From positions 51,320-115,319 of the forward strand of contig CBFHTT010000031.1 of assembly GCA_965658675.1 (NCBI GenBank): DNA of 64,000 bases, in the 5' to 3' direction. Source of the stretch: Limisphaerales bacterium. GTDB taxonomy: Bacteria > Verrucomicrobiota > Verrucomicrobiia > Limisphaerales > CAZKNW01. Below the pieces are notes generated by a model. The model was given only the letters and a program-made list of their open reading frames with translations. It ran no database searches and was not told the origin of the DNA. Both the position numbers and the translations under genes were made by a program. This document shows positions 18,762 to 30,282 of this stretch, one piece after another. Position 1 is the stretch's first letter, and every line of letters starts with the position of its first letter.

Positions 18762-21605
18762 TTACTTCTTTTTTGCTGCCTTCTTTTTGGGAGCTGCTTT
18801 CTTTTTCTTCGGTGCAGCCTTTTTGGCAGGAGCATTGTCGAGCGCAGCCTGAGCAGCAGCAAGACGAGCAACCGGGACGCGGAACGGAGAACAACTCACG
18901 TAGTCCAAGCCCAAGGTGTTACAGAATTTCACACTGGCAGGATCACCACCGTGCTCACCACAGATACCAAGCTTGATACCAGGACGTGCAGCCTTGGCTG
19001 AAGCAACGGCCTGCTTCATCAGCTCGCCAACACCTGTCTGATCGATGGAGGCAAATGGGTTCTGAGGTAGAATGTCAGCCTCCTGATAGGTTGGCAGGAA
19101 GGTTCCCATGTCATCACGACTCATTCCGAGCGTGGTCTGGGTCAGATCGTTGGTCCCGAAGCTGAAGAACTCAGCAACGTCAGCGATCTCACCTGCGGTC
19201 AGAGCTGCGCGAGGCACCTCGATCATGGTTCCAACCTTGTAGTTGAACCTAACCTGCTTGGCTTCAGCAACTTCAGCAGCCACACGATGAATCACATCCA
19301 CCTGGAGCTCCAGCTCACGACGGAAACCTACGAGAGGCACCATGATTTCAGGCTCTACCTTGATGCCCTTCTTCTGGATCTGCGCAGCAGCTTCGAAGAT
19401 GGCACGGGCCTGCATTTCAGAGATCTCTGGATAACAGATACCAAGACGGCAACCACGATGACCAAGCATTGGGTTGGATTCGTGAAGTTCAGCCACACGG
19501 CTCATCACCTTCTCAACCTTCACGCCAAGTTTCTTGGCAAGATCAAGCTGCTGCTCTTTGGTGTGAGGCAGGAACTCATGCAAAGGTGGATCCAACAGAC
19601 GGATGGTTGCAGGAAGGCCATTAAGAGACTTGAAGATACCGGCGAAGTCCTTGCGCTGGAATGGCAGGAGCTTTTTGAGCGCCTTTTTACGCTCTGTCTC
19701 TTCAGTTGCGAGAATCATCTGGCGAACGTAGTCGATACGATCACCTTCGAAGAACATGTGCTCGGTGCGGGTAAGGCCGATGCCCTGTGCGCCGAAAGCA
19801 ACAGCAGTAGCAACCTGATCTGGTGCATCCGCATTGGTGCGAACACCCATTTCCGTGACTTTGGAACACCAGTCCATGAGCTTCTTGAAGCCTTGGAAAG
19901 TAGGGCTCTTCTCTGGCTTGAGCTTCTTGTCAACGAGCACCTGAATCACCTCTGAAGGAGCAGTTGCAATGTCGCCAGCGAAGACTTTACCAGAGGTTCC
20001 GTCGATGGAGAGGTAGTCACCCTGCTTGAAGGTCTTTTTGCCAACCTTCAGAGTGCGCTTGCCGTAATCAATGTGAAGCGCAGCAGCACCGCAGACACAG
20101 ACTTTACCCATCTGACGGGCAACGAGAGCTGCATGTGAGCTCACACCACCGCGTGCAGTCAGGATACCTTCTGCTGCGATCATTCCGCGCAGATCCTCAG
20201 GAGAGGTCTCAACGCGAACGAGGAGAACTTTGTCACCCTTTTCAGCAGCTTCCACAGCGCGCTCGGCGTTGAAGAAGATACGTCCACTTGCAGCACCCGG
20301 ACCGGCGGGAAGACCAGTGGCGATCTCAGTGGCAGCGGCAACAGCCTTGGAATCAAAGATAGGAGCAAGAACCTGATCGAGCTGCTCTGCTGGCACGCGC
20401 TTGATAGCAGTCTGCCAGTCGATGAGCCTCTCCTTCACCATTTCACAGGCGATACGAACAGCAGCAAGACCAGTGCGCTTGCCATTACGTGTCTGGAGCA
20501 TGAAGAGAACACCGTCTTCGATGGTAAACTCAAAGTCCTGCATGTCCTTGAAGTGAGACTCGAGCTTCTTACGGACTGCTTCCAGTTCCTTATAAGCCTT
20601 AGGAGCGTCCTTCTTGAGTTCAGCAACAGGAAGCGGGGTGCGAACACCAGCCACAACGTCTTCTCCCTGTGCGTTCATGAGGAACTCACCGTAGAAAACC
20701 TTTTCACCGTTGGCCGGGTCACGTGTGAATGCAACACCGGAACCGGAGTTCTCACCGGTGTTGCCAAATACCATTGCCTGCACGTTTACAGCAGTTCCCC
20801 ACTCAGCAGGGATGTTGTATTTGCGGCGGTAAACATTGGCACGATCATTTTGCCATGAATTGAACACGGCGCTCACGGCACCATCGAGCTGTTTCCAAGG
20901 ATCATTAGGGAATGCCTTGCCTGTGCGCTCTTTCACGAGAGCCTTGAAGCGCTTGACCAGCTCCTTCATTCCGTCGGCAGTGATCTCGGTGTCCTCAACG
21001 TGAGCACTGCCGTAAAGATCTGCTTTCAGTCCTTCGATCACAGCCTCGAACGGCTCGACTTCTTCACCTGGGAGGGATTGAACGCCCATTACCACGTCAC
21101 CATACATCTGGATGAAACGACGGTAGCAGTCATATGCGAAGCGAGGGTTGCCACTTGCTTCAGAAAGTGCATCCACGGTCGCATCGTTCAGGCCGAGGTT
21201 CAGAATCGTATCCATCATTCCAGGCATGGACTCACGTGCGCCGGAACGGACAGCCACAAGAAGAGGCTTCTTCACATCGCCGAATTTCTTGCCGAGGATC
21301 TTCTCCATGTTACGAACACCAGCTTCGATCTGAGCCTTGAGCTGCTTCGGATACTGCTTTCTGTTCGCGTAGTAATGGGTGCAGACCTCTGTGGAGATCG
21401 TGAATCCTGGAGGCACAGGAAGACCGATGCGGGTCATCTCTGCGAGGTTGGCACCTTTACCTCCGAGGAGGGATTTCATGGTGCCGTTTCCATCGGCCTT
21501 GTTTTTGCCGAACGTGTAGACGTACTTGGGAGCTTTCGCTTTACTAGCCATTGTTTTGGATTTGATTGAACCGAGCGACGAACCCTTGAGGTAGGTTTTC
21601 GCCAA
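18762..21605 (-). CDS. ppdK: Pyruvate, phosphate dikinase. Probable true start [12 protein letters not shown] near 21551. Carries a C-terminal Lys/Ala/Pro-rich tail.
   Basis: About 930 aa. [26 protein letters not shown]-grasp start. Phospho-His region [27 protein letters not shown]-utilising C-terminal domain. Tail [21 protein letters not shown]. Confidence 0.9.
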   Translation of the reverse strand: MAKTYLKGSSLGSIKSKTMASKAKAPKYVYTFGKNKADGNGTMKSLLGGKGANLAEMTRIGLPVPPGFTISTEVCTHYYANRKQYPKQLKAQIEAGVRNMEKILGKKFGDVKKPLLVAVRSGARESMPGMMDTILNLGLNDATVDALSEASGNPRFAYDCYRRFIQMYGDVVMGVQSLPGEEVEPFEAVIEGLKADLYGSAHVEDTEITADGMKELVKRFKALVKERTGKAFPNDPWKQLDGAVSAVFNSWQNDRANVYRRKYNIPAEWGTAVNVQAMVFGNTGENSGSGVAFTRDPANGEKVFYGEFLMNAQGEDVVAGVRTPLPVAELKKDAPKAYKELEAVRKKLESHFKDMQDFEFTIEDGVLFMLQTRNGKRTGLAAVRIACEMVKERLIDWQTAIKRVPAEQLDQVLAPIFDSKAVAAATEIATGLPAGPGAASGRIFFNAERAVEAAEKGDKVLLVRVETSPEDLRGMIAAEGILTARGGVSSHAALVARQMGKVCVCGAAALHIDYGKRTLKVGKKTFKQGDYLSIDGTSGKVFAGDIATAPSEVIQVLVDKKLKPEKSPTFQGFKKLMDWCSKVTEMGVRTNADAPDQVATAVAFGAQGIGLTRTEHMFFEGDRIDYVRQMILATEETERKKALKKLLPFQRKDFAGIFKSLNGLPATIRLLDPPLHEFLPHTKEQQLDLAKKLGVKVEKVMSRVAELHESNPMLGHRGCRLGICYPEISEMQARAIFEAAAQIQKKGIKVEPEIMVPLVGFRRELELQVDVIHRVAAEVAEAKQVRFNYKVGTMIEVPRAALTAGEIADVAEFFSFGTNDLTQTTLGMSRDDMGTFLPTYQEADILPQNPFASIDQTGVGELMKQAVASAKAARPGIKLGICGEHGGDPASVKFCNTLGLDYVSCSPFRVPVARLAAAQAALDNAPAKKAAPKKKKAAPKKKAAKKK

Positions 21606-21679
21606 ATTGAACGGCCGGGGAGCCTAACAATAGGACTTACCCCGTCAATGCTAGTTCCTTCCTTTCAAGCACTTTTCGA

Positions 21680-22468
21680 TCATTTTTCGACCGGCCGGCC
21701 TTCCCTTTGTGTTTCAGACTCCGTTTTCGGCGTTCCTTTGATAAGCGATCCGCTTCGATACATCTCCCTGTTACTGGACTGAAACTCGGCCTTCAAACGC
21801 ACCTTCATGCCACTCAAGTCCACCAGTTCCCATGACACAAATCGCCACAATCCATCTATCTTTCCCTCATGCTCAATGCCGACGACCAAATGATGTGCAT
21901 CTGATGTGATCTTGTTGGTCTCCCTCTTCGGCTCGTAATAGAAGGTGCGAAAGGAACTGTGGCGTGACTTGGAGGCGAACACCTTGGGATCCAGATAAAG
22001 TCGCCGCCCTGAATCATGTATCAGGAGTAAATCTGGATAACCACTACGCTGTGTCCCGCCATCAGCCTTGGTTGCAAACTGACATCGAAATCCATCCAGA
22101 GCATCCAACTGCTTCCTGATGGCTTTTTCGAAATCACCACTCACCTCATTGATACGCCCTCTTGCCTGAGCTGGACTACTCGCCTCGTTCATCACTGCCA
22201 ACACACGGTCCATGACAGCGACCATGGCAGGCAACAATTGTCCTCTGATGAATTCGTCTTCTTGATCTACCGGTATCACCCGATGTCCGGTAGATGCCTC
22301 CACCACTTCCGCGAAAGAGACCGAATCCAGTTTGTCCCGGTTATTCACCAGTGACCCAATTACAGGCGCGAGGTCATCCGCCTTGAGAGTTCCTCCAGCC
22401 AAGATTCCCACCAATACCATCCATAAACAGCCATGTTTCATGACATCCACAGCGTCCGTCAGGCTCAA
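21680..22468 (-). CDS. Secreted hypothetical protein.
   Basis: 262 aa. Signal peptide-like CLWMVLVGILAGGTLKA. No recognisable motifs. Confidence 0.4.
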   Translation of the reverse strand: MSLTDAVDVMKHGCLWMVLVGILAGGTLKADDLAPVIGSLVNNRDKLDSVSFAEVVEASTGHRVIPVDQEDEFIRGQLLPAMVAVMDRVLAVMNEASSPAQARGRINEVSGDFEKAIRKQLDALDGFRCQFATKADGGTQRSGYPDLLLIHDSGRRLYLDPKVFASKSRHSSFRTFYYEPKRETNKITSDAHHLVVGIEHEGKIDGLWRFVSWELVDLSGMKVRLKAEFQSSNREMYRSGSLIKGTPKTESETQREGRPVEK

Positions 22469-22490
22469 CGCATGGTCAACAGATTTGAAA

Positions 22491-22892
22491 TCACTTCAAG
22501 CTACGCAGGACATCTTTCTCACTCTCATAGGTAAGCTTCTCCAACGCTTCTTCCAGACTAAACCACCCCAGTTCGGCAACCTCGTCCTCATCAATTGGTC
22601 CGCCGTCAGAGAGAAATTTCATCTGCCAGTAATGCACCTCTTTCTGGCGTTTCTTTACAGGATAAATCACGACCTGGATGAAGTCCCCCATCTTCGCACT
22701 GCAACCTGTCTCTTCTTCCACTTCCCGCAGTGCTGTCTCGGCCAGTTCTTCACCTTCGTCGCATTTACCTTTTGGAAGCGACCAATCGTTGTAACGGTGC
22801 CTATGAACCAGAACCAATTTCCGTCCCTCAGGAAACTCTCTCCACAGCACTCCTCCGGCTGCAAATATCTCTGTCTTCGTTTTATCGTCAGC
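22491..22892 (-). CDS. NUDIX hydrolase. The track ORF extends to 23024, but the likely start is MADDKTK.
   Basis: Nudix box GKCDEGEELAETALREVEEETGC. Starting at 22892 avoids overlap with the kinase gene that ends at 22930. Confidence 0.8.
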   Translation of the reverse strand, partial: ADDKTKTEIFAAGGVLWREFPEGRKLVLVHRHRYNDWSLPKGKCDEGEELAETALREVEEETGCSAKMGDFIQVVIYPVKKRQKEVHYWQMKFLSDGGPIDEDEVAELGWFSLEEALEKLTYESEKDVLRSLK

Positions 22893-22929
22893 CATTGAAG
22901 GCAAAGCCTCTCCCAAACGATCAGGGTGG

Positions 22930-25539
22930 TCAAACAAGCATCGGCTCCGGAGTCTCTGAATCGTAGACCTTGTCGAAAACCATTCTGAGTTTACGCGAGG
23001 AGATGGGTTTGCTGAGAAAGTCATTCATTCCAGCGTCCATACAGGCTTCCCTATCCTCCTCCTGCATACTTGCCGTCAGTGCAACGATCGTCAGGTCCGC
23101 ATTGGTGCCACTCATGGCCCTGATAGATCTGACAGCATCCATCCCGCTGATTCCCTCTATCTGACAATCCATCAGAACAAAATCAAACTCATCAGCAGCA
23201 AGCTTCTCCAAGGCTTCTTCTCCGCTTTCCGCGGTCTCGCACTTATGTCTCAGCTTCTGGACCAGTTTGGCAGAGAAGTTCCGATTGACTGGATCATCGT
23301 CCACAAGCAGAACGCGCATCCCCTTCTTTGACTTTCGCGCATCTCGGCCAAAGTTGGTTTCGCGTTTCTGTTCAGCCGGTCTCACGACAAAGTCTTCGTT
23401 TGAGAACTCCTGCAATCTGGAAAGCAAGAATCTGGATTGAATCGGACGGCCAAGGCACAGCCAACGGCTTCCATCGTGAAACCGTCCCAACGACGAACGT
23501 CGTTGAGGTGACGCGATCGGAACCACTCGCGCCCCAGCCGGGGCTCGATGCACAAATGCGGACTGAAAGGCGTTGATTCTAGTCTCATCAAACGAATCGA
23601 GATCAACCAGAACCGCCGGTTTGAGTGGTGCCCCTTCCGTCTTCGCCTTCTCCAATGCGTCCAGAACTTCAGACAAGGTCTCAAACTCCGTTACACTACA
23701 GGACCAATGACCCAACATTTCATTGAGTGCCTTTCTGACAAACGGATCTGGGAAACAGGTAAAGCAAGAAACCGCTGATAGCTCATCATCAAGTCGAACA
23801 TTCCCCGGGACAGGGGACGCCGCATTCTCAAAAGGAATCACAACGCCAAATACCGACCCCTTCCCTTCCACCGACCGGACAAAAGACCTGCCTCCCATCA
23901 TTTCAGACAATCGTTTGACAATGGACAGCCCCAGACCGGTTCCTCCGTATTCGCGTGTCATGGATGCATCCACCTGACTAAAACATTGGAAAAGGCGGTT
24001 CATTCGGTTGCGGGCGATACCAATGCCCGAATCTTTGACAATCATCTTCCACCTTCGGACACCGTCTGCGCCCATGGCAGATCCCACTCGAATTCTGACG
24101 ACTCCCTCATGAGTAAATTTGATGGAATTACCAACCAGATTCAGAAGTATCTGTCTGATCCTGTTTCCATCCCCACAAACCCAACTTGAATCTTTCATTG
24201 GCATGTAGAACTGCAGGTTCAGTCCGCGTTTCGATGCAAGATGACTGACGGTATCCACCACCTCTTCGATCGTCGTTCGAAGATCAAAGTCTGAATTCAC
24301 CAGTTCCAACTTTCCCGCTTCGATCTTCGAGAAATCAAGAATGTCATCGATGATCCCCAGTAGAGACTCCCCGCTGTTCCTGATCGTTTCAGCAAATTCC
24401 CGCTGCTCAGCATCAAGGTGCGTATCCAAGATAAGTTGGGACATCCCCAGAATTCCATTCATGGGTGTTCGAATCTCGTGACTCATAGTCGCGAGGAACT
24501 CGCTCTTAGCTTTATTGGCCACTTCAGATTTCTCGCGCTCCTCCTCCATGTCCTGCATCATGTTCAACATCGAGCTGCGCCCCTTTTCCAAAGAATCAGC
24601 ACGCTCTGAGAGTGTCTTATTGGCAAGCTCCAGATCCTCTCGGGCCTGTTTGAGACGATCGTTCTTTTCATCCACGGACCTGCGTGCCTCCTTCAACTGA
24701 TCATTGGATTTCTCCAATTCGAGTTTCTGCAATTGAAGAAGCCGGTTATTAAGAAGTGTTTCATTCTCATTTCGCCTTAAACGCCTAAACACAAACACCA
24801 TCATTCCCAACCCAACCAAGCCGAAGAAAGCAACCCTTACAAACACACCCTGAAAACCTCCGGCAGCCACAGTAGATGCATCCCTGATCGGAATCCTCAC
24901 TTCCAGTATTCCTCGCAAATCGCCTTCCACCCAATCCGTCTTAGGTGATTCTGGGTGAGAATTATGACAGTCCACGCACTCGGATCCCATCAAATCGGAG
25001 GTCGCATATCTCAGCACCCTTTCTCCTCCTTGGTTCACGATCTTTGAAAATGCTGTATGCGGATCGGTTGAAAGAGCCGCCCATGCTTCCTGCTGATACG
25101 CATCCATCTCCTTGTCCTCTTTCCATGGAAAAGGCCAAGGACTCACAAGTTCAGCATCAGCATCCCCTTCATGCAGGCCGATTCGCGCTCCTATTTCCTC
25201 AGTAAGAGATGCAGGAAGTGGCACAACTCCCTCCTTTCCATTGAACTCATGCGAAATCGTCACGCCTGAAACGTCTCCAAGTTTCCGAATTACTTGATCT
25301 GTATAAAGCTTCCGAAACTCGCCTAGAGAACGTGAGAGCATTCGGGCATTCTCGATAGCCGCCTCTTTAATCACCTGATCACGGGCATCGATCAATTTCC
25401 CGAAGACCACCCACCCAGACAAAGCGATCAGACAAGCCAACACGCTTCCCGGATGATGATGCAAAAGGTAGACAAGCCTGCCCAATCGGTGCTCACCAAC
25501 AACTTGCTTGGATTCAGAACTGTTATCGATGTGCTTCAT
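22930..25539 (-). CDS. Hybrid sensor histidine kinase/response regulator with N-terminal TM plus periplasmic CxxCH (heme-c type) sensor domain.
   Basis: 869 aa. TM. Periplasmic segment with [10 protein letters not shown]. Second TM. Coiled coil. HisKA H-box [15 protein letters not shown]. HATPase_c region with N, G1 and G2 boxes. C-terminal receiver [11 protein letters not shown]...[11 protein letters not shown]. Its start overlaps the stop of the Amt-PAS gene (ATGA). Confidence 0.85.
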   Translation of the reverse strand: MKHIDNSSESKQVVGEHRLGRLVYLLHHHPGSVLACLIALSGWVVFGKLIDARDQVIKEAAIENARMLSRSLGEFRKLYTDQVIRKLGDVSGVTISHEFNGKEGVVPLPASLTEEIGARIGLHEGDADAELVSPWPFPWKEDKEMDAYQQEAWAALSTDPHTAFSKIVNQGGERVLRYATSDLMGSECVDCHNSHPESPKTDWVEGDLRGILEVRIPIRDASTVAAGGFQGVFVRVAFFGLVGLGMMVFVFRRLRRNENETLLNNRLLQLQKLELEKSNDQLKEARRSVDEKNDRLKQAREDLELANKTLSERADSLEKGRSSMLNMMQDMEEEREKSEVANKAKSEFLATMSHEIRTPMNGILGMSQLILDTHLDAEQREFAETIRNSGESLLGIIDDILDFSKIEAGKLELVNSDFDLRTTIEEVVDTVSHLASKRGLNLQFYMPMKDSSWVCGDGNRIRQILLNLVGNSIKFTHEGVVRIRVGSAMGADGVRRWKMIVKDSGIGIARNRMNRLFQCFSQVDASMTREYGGTGLGLSIVKRLSEMMGGRSFVRSVEGKGSVFGVVIPFENAASPVPGNVRLDDELSAVSCFTCFPDPFVRKALNEMLGHWSCSVTEFETLSEVLDALEKAKTEGAPLKPAVLVDLDSFDETRINAFQSAFVHRAPAGARVVPIASPQRRSSLGRFHDGSRWLCLGRPIQSRFLLSRLQEFSNEDFVVRPAEQKRETNFGRDARKSKKGMRVLLVDDDPVNRNFSAKLVQKLRHKCETAESGEEALEKLAADEFDFVLMDCQIEGISGMDAVRSIRAMSGTNADLTIVALTASMQEEDREACMDAGMNDFLSKPISSRKLRMVFDKVYDSETPEPMLV

Positions 25540-27428
25540 ACCTTCTTCAGGTGATAGCGATCAGGATGACCCAACTGGCGTTCCAACATGTTGATCTCCA
25601 ACTTGAGATCCAGCATCTGCAGCTCCCTTCCCATGGCCAATTCATTAAACCTCTCCAATTCATTCATTCGAATCGTCAATTCCCTGCTCACCCGCTCTGC
25701 TTCTTCTCTCGACCTCATCAGCTCTAATTCATACTCCTTTCTGCGCGTAATATCTCTTACCAACAGAGTTCGTTCACCTTCTTCGCCTGAGCTTTTCGTC
25801 ACGGATACCTCGACTGGAAAACACCCCTTTCCCTTATTTTCCATCATGGCTTCAAACTGGTAACCACCTTTCTCCAACTCATAAAGCCACCGCGACTTCG
25901 CCCCCACGGAACCGTCTCCGCCGACAGGTTTGATACAATCCAGAATCGATCCATTCGCCCCATTCTCACCAAGCAATTCGCACGCCCCAGTATTTGCACT
26001 GGTGATCATTCCATCCTTGGTGACCGTCAGGATACCTTCTTTGAGATCTTCCAAAATCGCTTCACTACGGGTGATTTCCTTCTCCAAAGAATCAAGAAGT
26101 CGATTGAAAGCCATGGCCACCTGTCCAGATTCGGTAAATGGATTTCCAGGCAATCTGGAAGAAAGATCCAGGTGGTCCACTTTTTCCTCCATCGCCTTGA
26201 CCAGTTCACCCCGTTCATCGCTCGTAGCATGTTCAGAGTAGTTCAATCCATCAGCCTCGTCCTGAGCAGAAACCCTCAGCGGAACAATCCGATCCAGTGT
26301 TTTCCAAATCACATAACTGAAACACCCACCCCAAGCGAAACACATCAATGCCCCAAGAGACTGCACTAATAGGAGCTCCATCCTAGAAAGATCCGTTTCC
26401 ATCAACTCCAGATCGCCAAACAGTCCTACACACAGGATTCCCCATACACCACACACGCCATGGACCGCACCAGAGGAAACAACGTCATCCAAACGGAAAC
26501 TATGAAACAGCTTTTCAAACCATACCACCAACACGCCACCACACATGCCGATCATCAAGGACTGCTCTGCTGATACCCCGTGACAACATGCAGTGACTGA
26601 GACCAAGCCTCCAAGGGAACCATTCATCGGAAACCTGGCAGCAGCAAAACCGTAGATAAACCACCCCGCGACCAACGCAGCGATGGCTCCTCCAGCTCCG
26701 GCCAGAACGGTGTTCACAAGAACCCCGGGTACCTTGTCGTTCGCCACAAGCATGGCTCCACCGTTGAATCCCATCCAACCTACCCAAAGGATGACAACAC
26801 CCAACATTGAAAGAGGAAGATTCGAACCTTTGAAGTAACACGGAGTTCCATCTTCATTACAGAACCCCTGCCTGGCACCTATCACCATCACACAGGCCAA
26901 AGCACTGAATCCTCCGATGCCATGCACAACAGATGCCCCAGCAAAATCAATAAACCCCATACCTTTCAGCCAGCCTACCTCTCCCCCCATCATTCCTCCC
27001 CATACCCAATGTCCGAAAACCGGATAGATCAGGCATGAGATGACACAAGCCGCAATTAGATAAGATTTGAAAGAGACCCGTTCAGCAACCCCACCGGAAA
27101 GGATCGTGACAGCAGTCCCGCAGAACATGGTTTGAAACAAAAAGAAGACATTATCCTTCAATCCCGCATCCGACCCTACATCAAGCCGAAATCCACTCCC
27201 TCCAAAGATCCCTCCGATACTATCTCCAAACATCAGTCCATAACCCACCAGCCAGAACAAGAACACCGACAAACACAGATCGGTCAGGTTCTTGATCGCT
27301 ACATTGATGCTGTTCTTATTCCGTGTCTGACCGCTCTCGAGGCAAAGAAAGCCCGCTTGCATAAACAAGACAAGACCGGCACAGGCACAGATCCAGACCA
27401 CATCCAATTGGCTGACATTTTCAGGCAT
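25536..27428 (-). CDS. Ammonium transporter (Amt/MEP) fused to a cytoplasmic PAS domain and coiled-coil tail.
   Basis: 630 aa. About 420 aa of polytopic Amt core (11 TM helices, conserved Phe-gate and twin-His region). Then a PAS-like [24 protein letters not shown]. Then a C-terminal coiled coil. Translationally coupled to the hybrid kinase. Confidence 0.8.
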   Translation of the reverse strand: MPENVSQLDVVWICACAGLVLFMQAGFLCLESGQTRNKNSINVAIKNLTDLCLSVFLFWLVGYGLMFGDSIGGIFGGSGFRLDVGSDAGLKDNVFFLFQTMFCGTAVTILSGGVAERVSFKSYLIAACVISCLIYPVFGHWVWGGMMGGEVGWLKGMGFIDFAGASVVHGIGGFSALACVMVIGARQGFCNEDGTPCYFKGSNLPLSMLGVVILWVGWMGFNGGAMLVANDKVPGVLVNTVLAGAGGAIAALVAGWFIYGFAAARFPMNGSLGGLVSVTACCHGVSAEQSLMIGMCGGVLVVWFEKLFHSFRLDDVVSSGAVHGVCGVWGILCVGLFGDLELMETDLSRMELLLVQSLGALMCFAWGGCFSYVIWKTLDRIVPLRVSAQDEADGLNYSEHATSDERGELVKAMEEKVDHLDLSSRLPGNPFTESGQVAMAFNRLLDSLEKEITRSEAILEDLKEGILTVTKDGMITSANTGACELLGENGANGSILDCIKPVGGDGSVGAKSRWLYELEKGGYQFEAMMENKGKGCFPVEVSVTKSSGEEGERTLLVRDITRRKEYELELMRSREEAERVSRELTIRMNELERFNELAMGRELQMLDLKLEINMLERQLGHPDRYHLKKV

Positions 27429-27580
27429 GAATCATGAATTGGGCTATGAACCCACCCTCCGCTGATCGACAAATTTCCTAGTCCTCTTAAACGATCCCTA
27501 CCCTCAATCACTGCCCTTCAGCAAAAAAACATGCTCTAAAAGGAATCGACCCTTGAACTGTAGGGCCGACATTCAGGACA

Positions 27581-29317
27581 TTGGGGCCTGCACACATGCA
27601 TTTGAAGTTCGCCATTCGTCTCCTAAAAAAGCTGCCTGAGAAAACTCGTAGCTACGTAATGGTCGGACTCTTCGGTGTGGTGGGTGGATTGATTGCCGTC
27701 GTTTTCCACCTTTTGATCGAGGGGATGTTCAAGCTGACTTACGAGGAGCTTGCTCACAGTTCTCAGAGCCAATTCCTTATCTGGAGCTTCGTCATGATCA
27801 TGACGACCAGCCTGATAGTAGGTTATCTCCTGAATAACGTTTGCAGCGAAGCCAAAGGAAGCGGTGTCCCTCAATTAAAGCTTAGCTTCTGGAAAGACTT
27901 TGGAATGATCCCATTCAAGGTCGTATGGGTGAAGTTCATCGCAGGTGTTCTCAGTATTGGCGGTGGTTGCAGTCTTGGCCGTGAAGGCCCCAGTGTCCAA
28001 CTCGCAGGAGGCCTTGCTTCCAATCTATCAGGCGCCCTTGGTGAGCCCAAACAGCGCAGAAGGACTGCTGCTGCTGCCGGATCTGCTGCCGGACTCGCTG
28101 CTGCATTCAATACCCCTCTGGCTGCCATGACCTTTGTCTTGGAGGAAATCATTGGCGACATGAACAGCCGCTACATCGGCAATGTGCTGCTCGCATCATT
28201 GATTGGAGCTTTCATCGTTCATGGAATCATCGGGGACCAACCAGCCTTTCAACTGGGTGACGTGGCCATGCACTCATGGGCCGTCTATCTTGTGATCCCC
28301 TTGGTGGCCGGTGGTGCTGCTGTAGTGGGCGGACTTTTTCAAAAATGGACACTGAAGCTTCGGCTCAGGCGGAAGGAATTCAAGAAACTCCCTCTGTGGG
28401 CGCGCCCAGCAATCGGTGCCCTGATCACTTGGTGCCTTGGTGCAGCCGTTTTTGTCTACACCGGGCACCTCGGTGTGTTCGGTCTCGGTTACCACGATCT
28501 GTCAGCCGGTCTCAATGCCGATCTTGGATGGAAAATAGCCGGTATCCTGCTCATCACGAAATTCATAGCCACCTTTGCCTGCTATGGATTTGGCGGCTGC
28601 GGAGGCATCTTTTCCCCAACACTCTTTCTCGGTGGCATGGTTGGAGTGTTTCTAGCGGGCGTCACAGACCACTACCTTGATCTGAACGAATCAGATTACA
28701 TCATGCTCGCCGTCGTGGGCATGAGCGCCTGTCTCGGTGCAGTGGTCAAAGCGCCCATTACATCCATTCTTATCGTCTTCGAGCTCACTCACCAATTCGA
28801 ACTCGTCCCCGCTCTCATGCTGGGCACCCTGGTCTCACAATCAGTTTCCTCAAGACTCAGCAAGCACAACTTCTATGAGCAGGTCATTCTCCAAGACGGA
28901 CACGATCTGGATCACCTCGTTCCTCCAAGAGACCTCCGTACATGGCAACAGCTACCTGTCTCGACCATTACCAATTTCAATCCGATCATCCTCACCAGCA
29001 CCAAGGAAGATGTCCTCGAACAGGCCCTGGACAACTACCCATACAACTACTTCCCGGTAGTGCTTGATGGTGAATTCAAGGGAGTCGTCAGTCGGTTGAA
29101 GGCAAAGCAGTCTATTGAGTCCGGCAAGGCCCCTGTACTCCAAGAAACAGAGACCTGCATGCCATTCGAGCCCATCCGCAAACTCCAAGGACACCTGATT
29201 TCTTCGCCAACAGGCATCGTGATCGTCAAAGATAAGAACAACGGAAGCGTCATGGGATTGATCACACTCCACGATCTCCTCAGACAAGAAGTGGCTCACG
29301 CCAAGAATGCTGAATAA
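27581..29317 (+). CDS. ClC-family chloride channel/transporter with C-terminal tandem CBS domains.
   Basis: 578 aa. Selectivity motifs GSGVPQ, GREGP and GIFSPTLFLGG. Two CBS-like repeats at the C-terminus. Confidence 0.85.
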   Translation: MGPAHMHLKFAIRLLKKLPEKTRSYVMVGLFGVVGGLIAVVFHLLIEGMFKLTYEELAHSSQSQFLIWSFVMIMTTSLIVGYLLNNVCSEAKGSGVPQLKLSFWKDFGMIPFKVVWVKFIAGVLSIGGGCSLGREGPSVQLAGGLASNLSGALGEPKQRRRTAAAAGSAAGLAAAFNTPLAAMTFVLEEIIGDMNSRYIGNVLLASLIGAFIVHGIIGDQPAFQLGDVAMHSWAVYLVIPLVAGGAAVVGGLFQKWTLKLRLRRKEFKKLPLWARPAIGALITWCLGAAVFVYTGHLGVFGLGYHDLSAGLNADLGWKIAGILLITKFIATFACYGFGGCGGIFSPTLFLGGMVGVFLAGVTDHYLDLNESDYIMLAVVGMSACLGAVVKAPITSILIVFELTHQFELVPALMLGTLVSQSVSSRLSKHNFYEQVILQDGHDLDHLVPPRDLRTWQQLPVSTITNFNPIILTSTKEDVLEQALDNYPYNYFPVVLDGEFKGVVSRLKAKQSIESGKAPVLQETETCMPFEPIRKLQGHLISSPTGIVIVKDKNNGSVMGLITLHDLLRQEVAHAKNAE

Positions 29318-29328
29318 GGAGGCAGCAC

Positions 29329-30060
29329 TCAGCCTCTCGACCTCACGGTCCCCAATCCACCGTCCACACCAAGTGTCTGACCGGTCACCCATGAGTTGGA
29401 TGGGGCCAGCAACCAAACCACAGCCGACGCAACCTCGGAGGCCTGCCCCACCCTTCCCAATGCATGCATCCGCTCTGACGCCTTCAAGGTCATCTCGTTA
29501 TTCAACAACCCTTTGGTCAATGGCGTCTCAGTCAGCCCGGGTGCAACCGTATTGATCCGAAAACCTCGCCCCCCATACGTCGCCGCTGCAGAGAGCATCA
29601 ATCCTTGAATCCCTGCCTTGGCTGCTCCGATCGCCTCATGATTCGCCAGCCCGATCCGACCGGCAGCAGAAGACATCAATACGACACTCCCCCCGTCCTT
29701 GGGCATATTTTTGGCAAAATGTTTCACCAACAAGAAACTACTGGTCAGGTTCACATTCATCGTCTGCTGCCAGACTTCCAAGGGTGTCATATGCGCCGGC
29801 TTCAACCACAAGGAACCGATACAGTTGACCGCACCATGAATCTCTTGCTCTGAGAAAAGCTTCTCCAAAGTCGCCTCAAAACCTTCAGGATCCGACGCAT
29901 CACACGTAAAGTCGATCGCTCCCGACTGAGACCGGCCTCCTCCGACGACTTCGGCACCTTTTTGTTCCAGCAACTTGCCTACCTGCCCCCCAATCCCACC
30001 ACCTGCTCCCAGAACAAGAATACGACGCCCTTCAAAGATTTTAGTGTTCGATTCACTCAT
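29329..30060 (-). CDS. SDR-family oxidoreductase.
   Basis: 243 aa. ILVLGAGGGIGGQVGKLL Rossmann motif. Confidence 0.8.
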   Translation of the reverse strand: MSESNTKIFEGRRILVLGAGGGIGGQVGKLLEQKGAEVVGGGRSQSGAIDFTCDASDPEGFEATLEKLFSEQEIHGAVNCIGSLWLKPAHMTPLEVWQQTMNVNLTSSFLLVKHFAKNMPKDGGSVVLMSSAAGRIGLANHEAIGAAKAGIQGLMLSAAATYGGRGFRINTVAPGLTETPLTKGLLNNEMTLKASERMHALGRVGQASEVASAVVWLLAPSNSWVTGQTLGVDGGLGTVRSRG

Positions 30061-30282
30061 GACTTGCCCAAACTAGTGCCAATCCGAACCATCGCAACCG
30101 CTGCCACAATGATTATACAAACCATTGATCGCATTATAAGAGCCACATCGAGTCCCCTATGGTTTTCTTTGCAGCATCAGGCCGGAAAACACCTTCCGGC
30201 TTTGCATCTGGGAGAAAAGCTGATTTGATCCGACCACTCCCGGAGTTCAACTCAAACACCAAAAGGCGCAACCAACTTTCAC

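Noticed and set aside
19287-19955. 222-aa plus-strand ORF inside ppdK (and similar antisense ORFs inside the SecA-like, GAF-HlyD and giant ATPase genes, e.g. 46088-46963, 50565-51110, 35498-35830).
   Set aside because: Shadow ORFs opposite well-supported long genes. No recognisable domains.
27429-27580. Possible fluoride (crcB) riboswitch upstream of the ClC gene.
   Set aside because: The leader lacks the conserved GGCGATGG...AAACCGCC...GATG core. The ClC has the canonical chloride GSGVP/GREGP filter plus CBS domains rather than CLC-F features.
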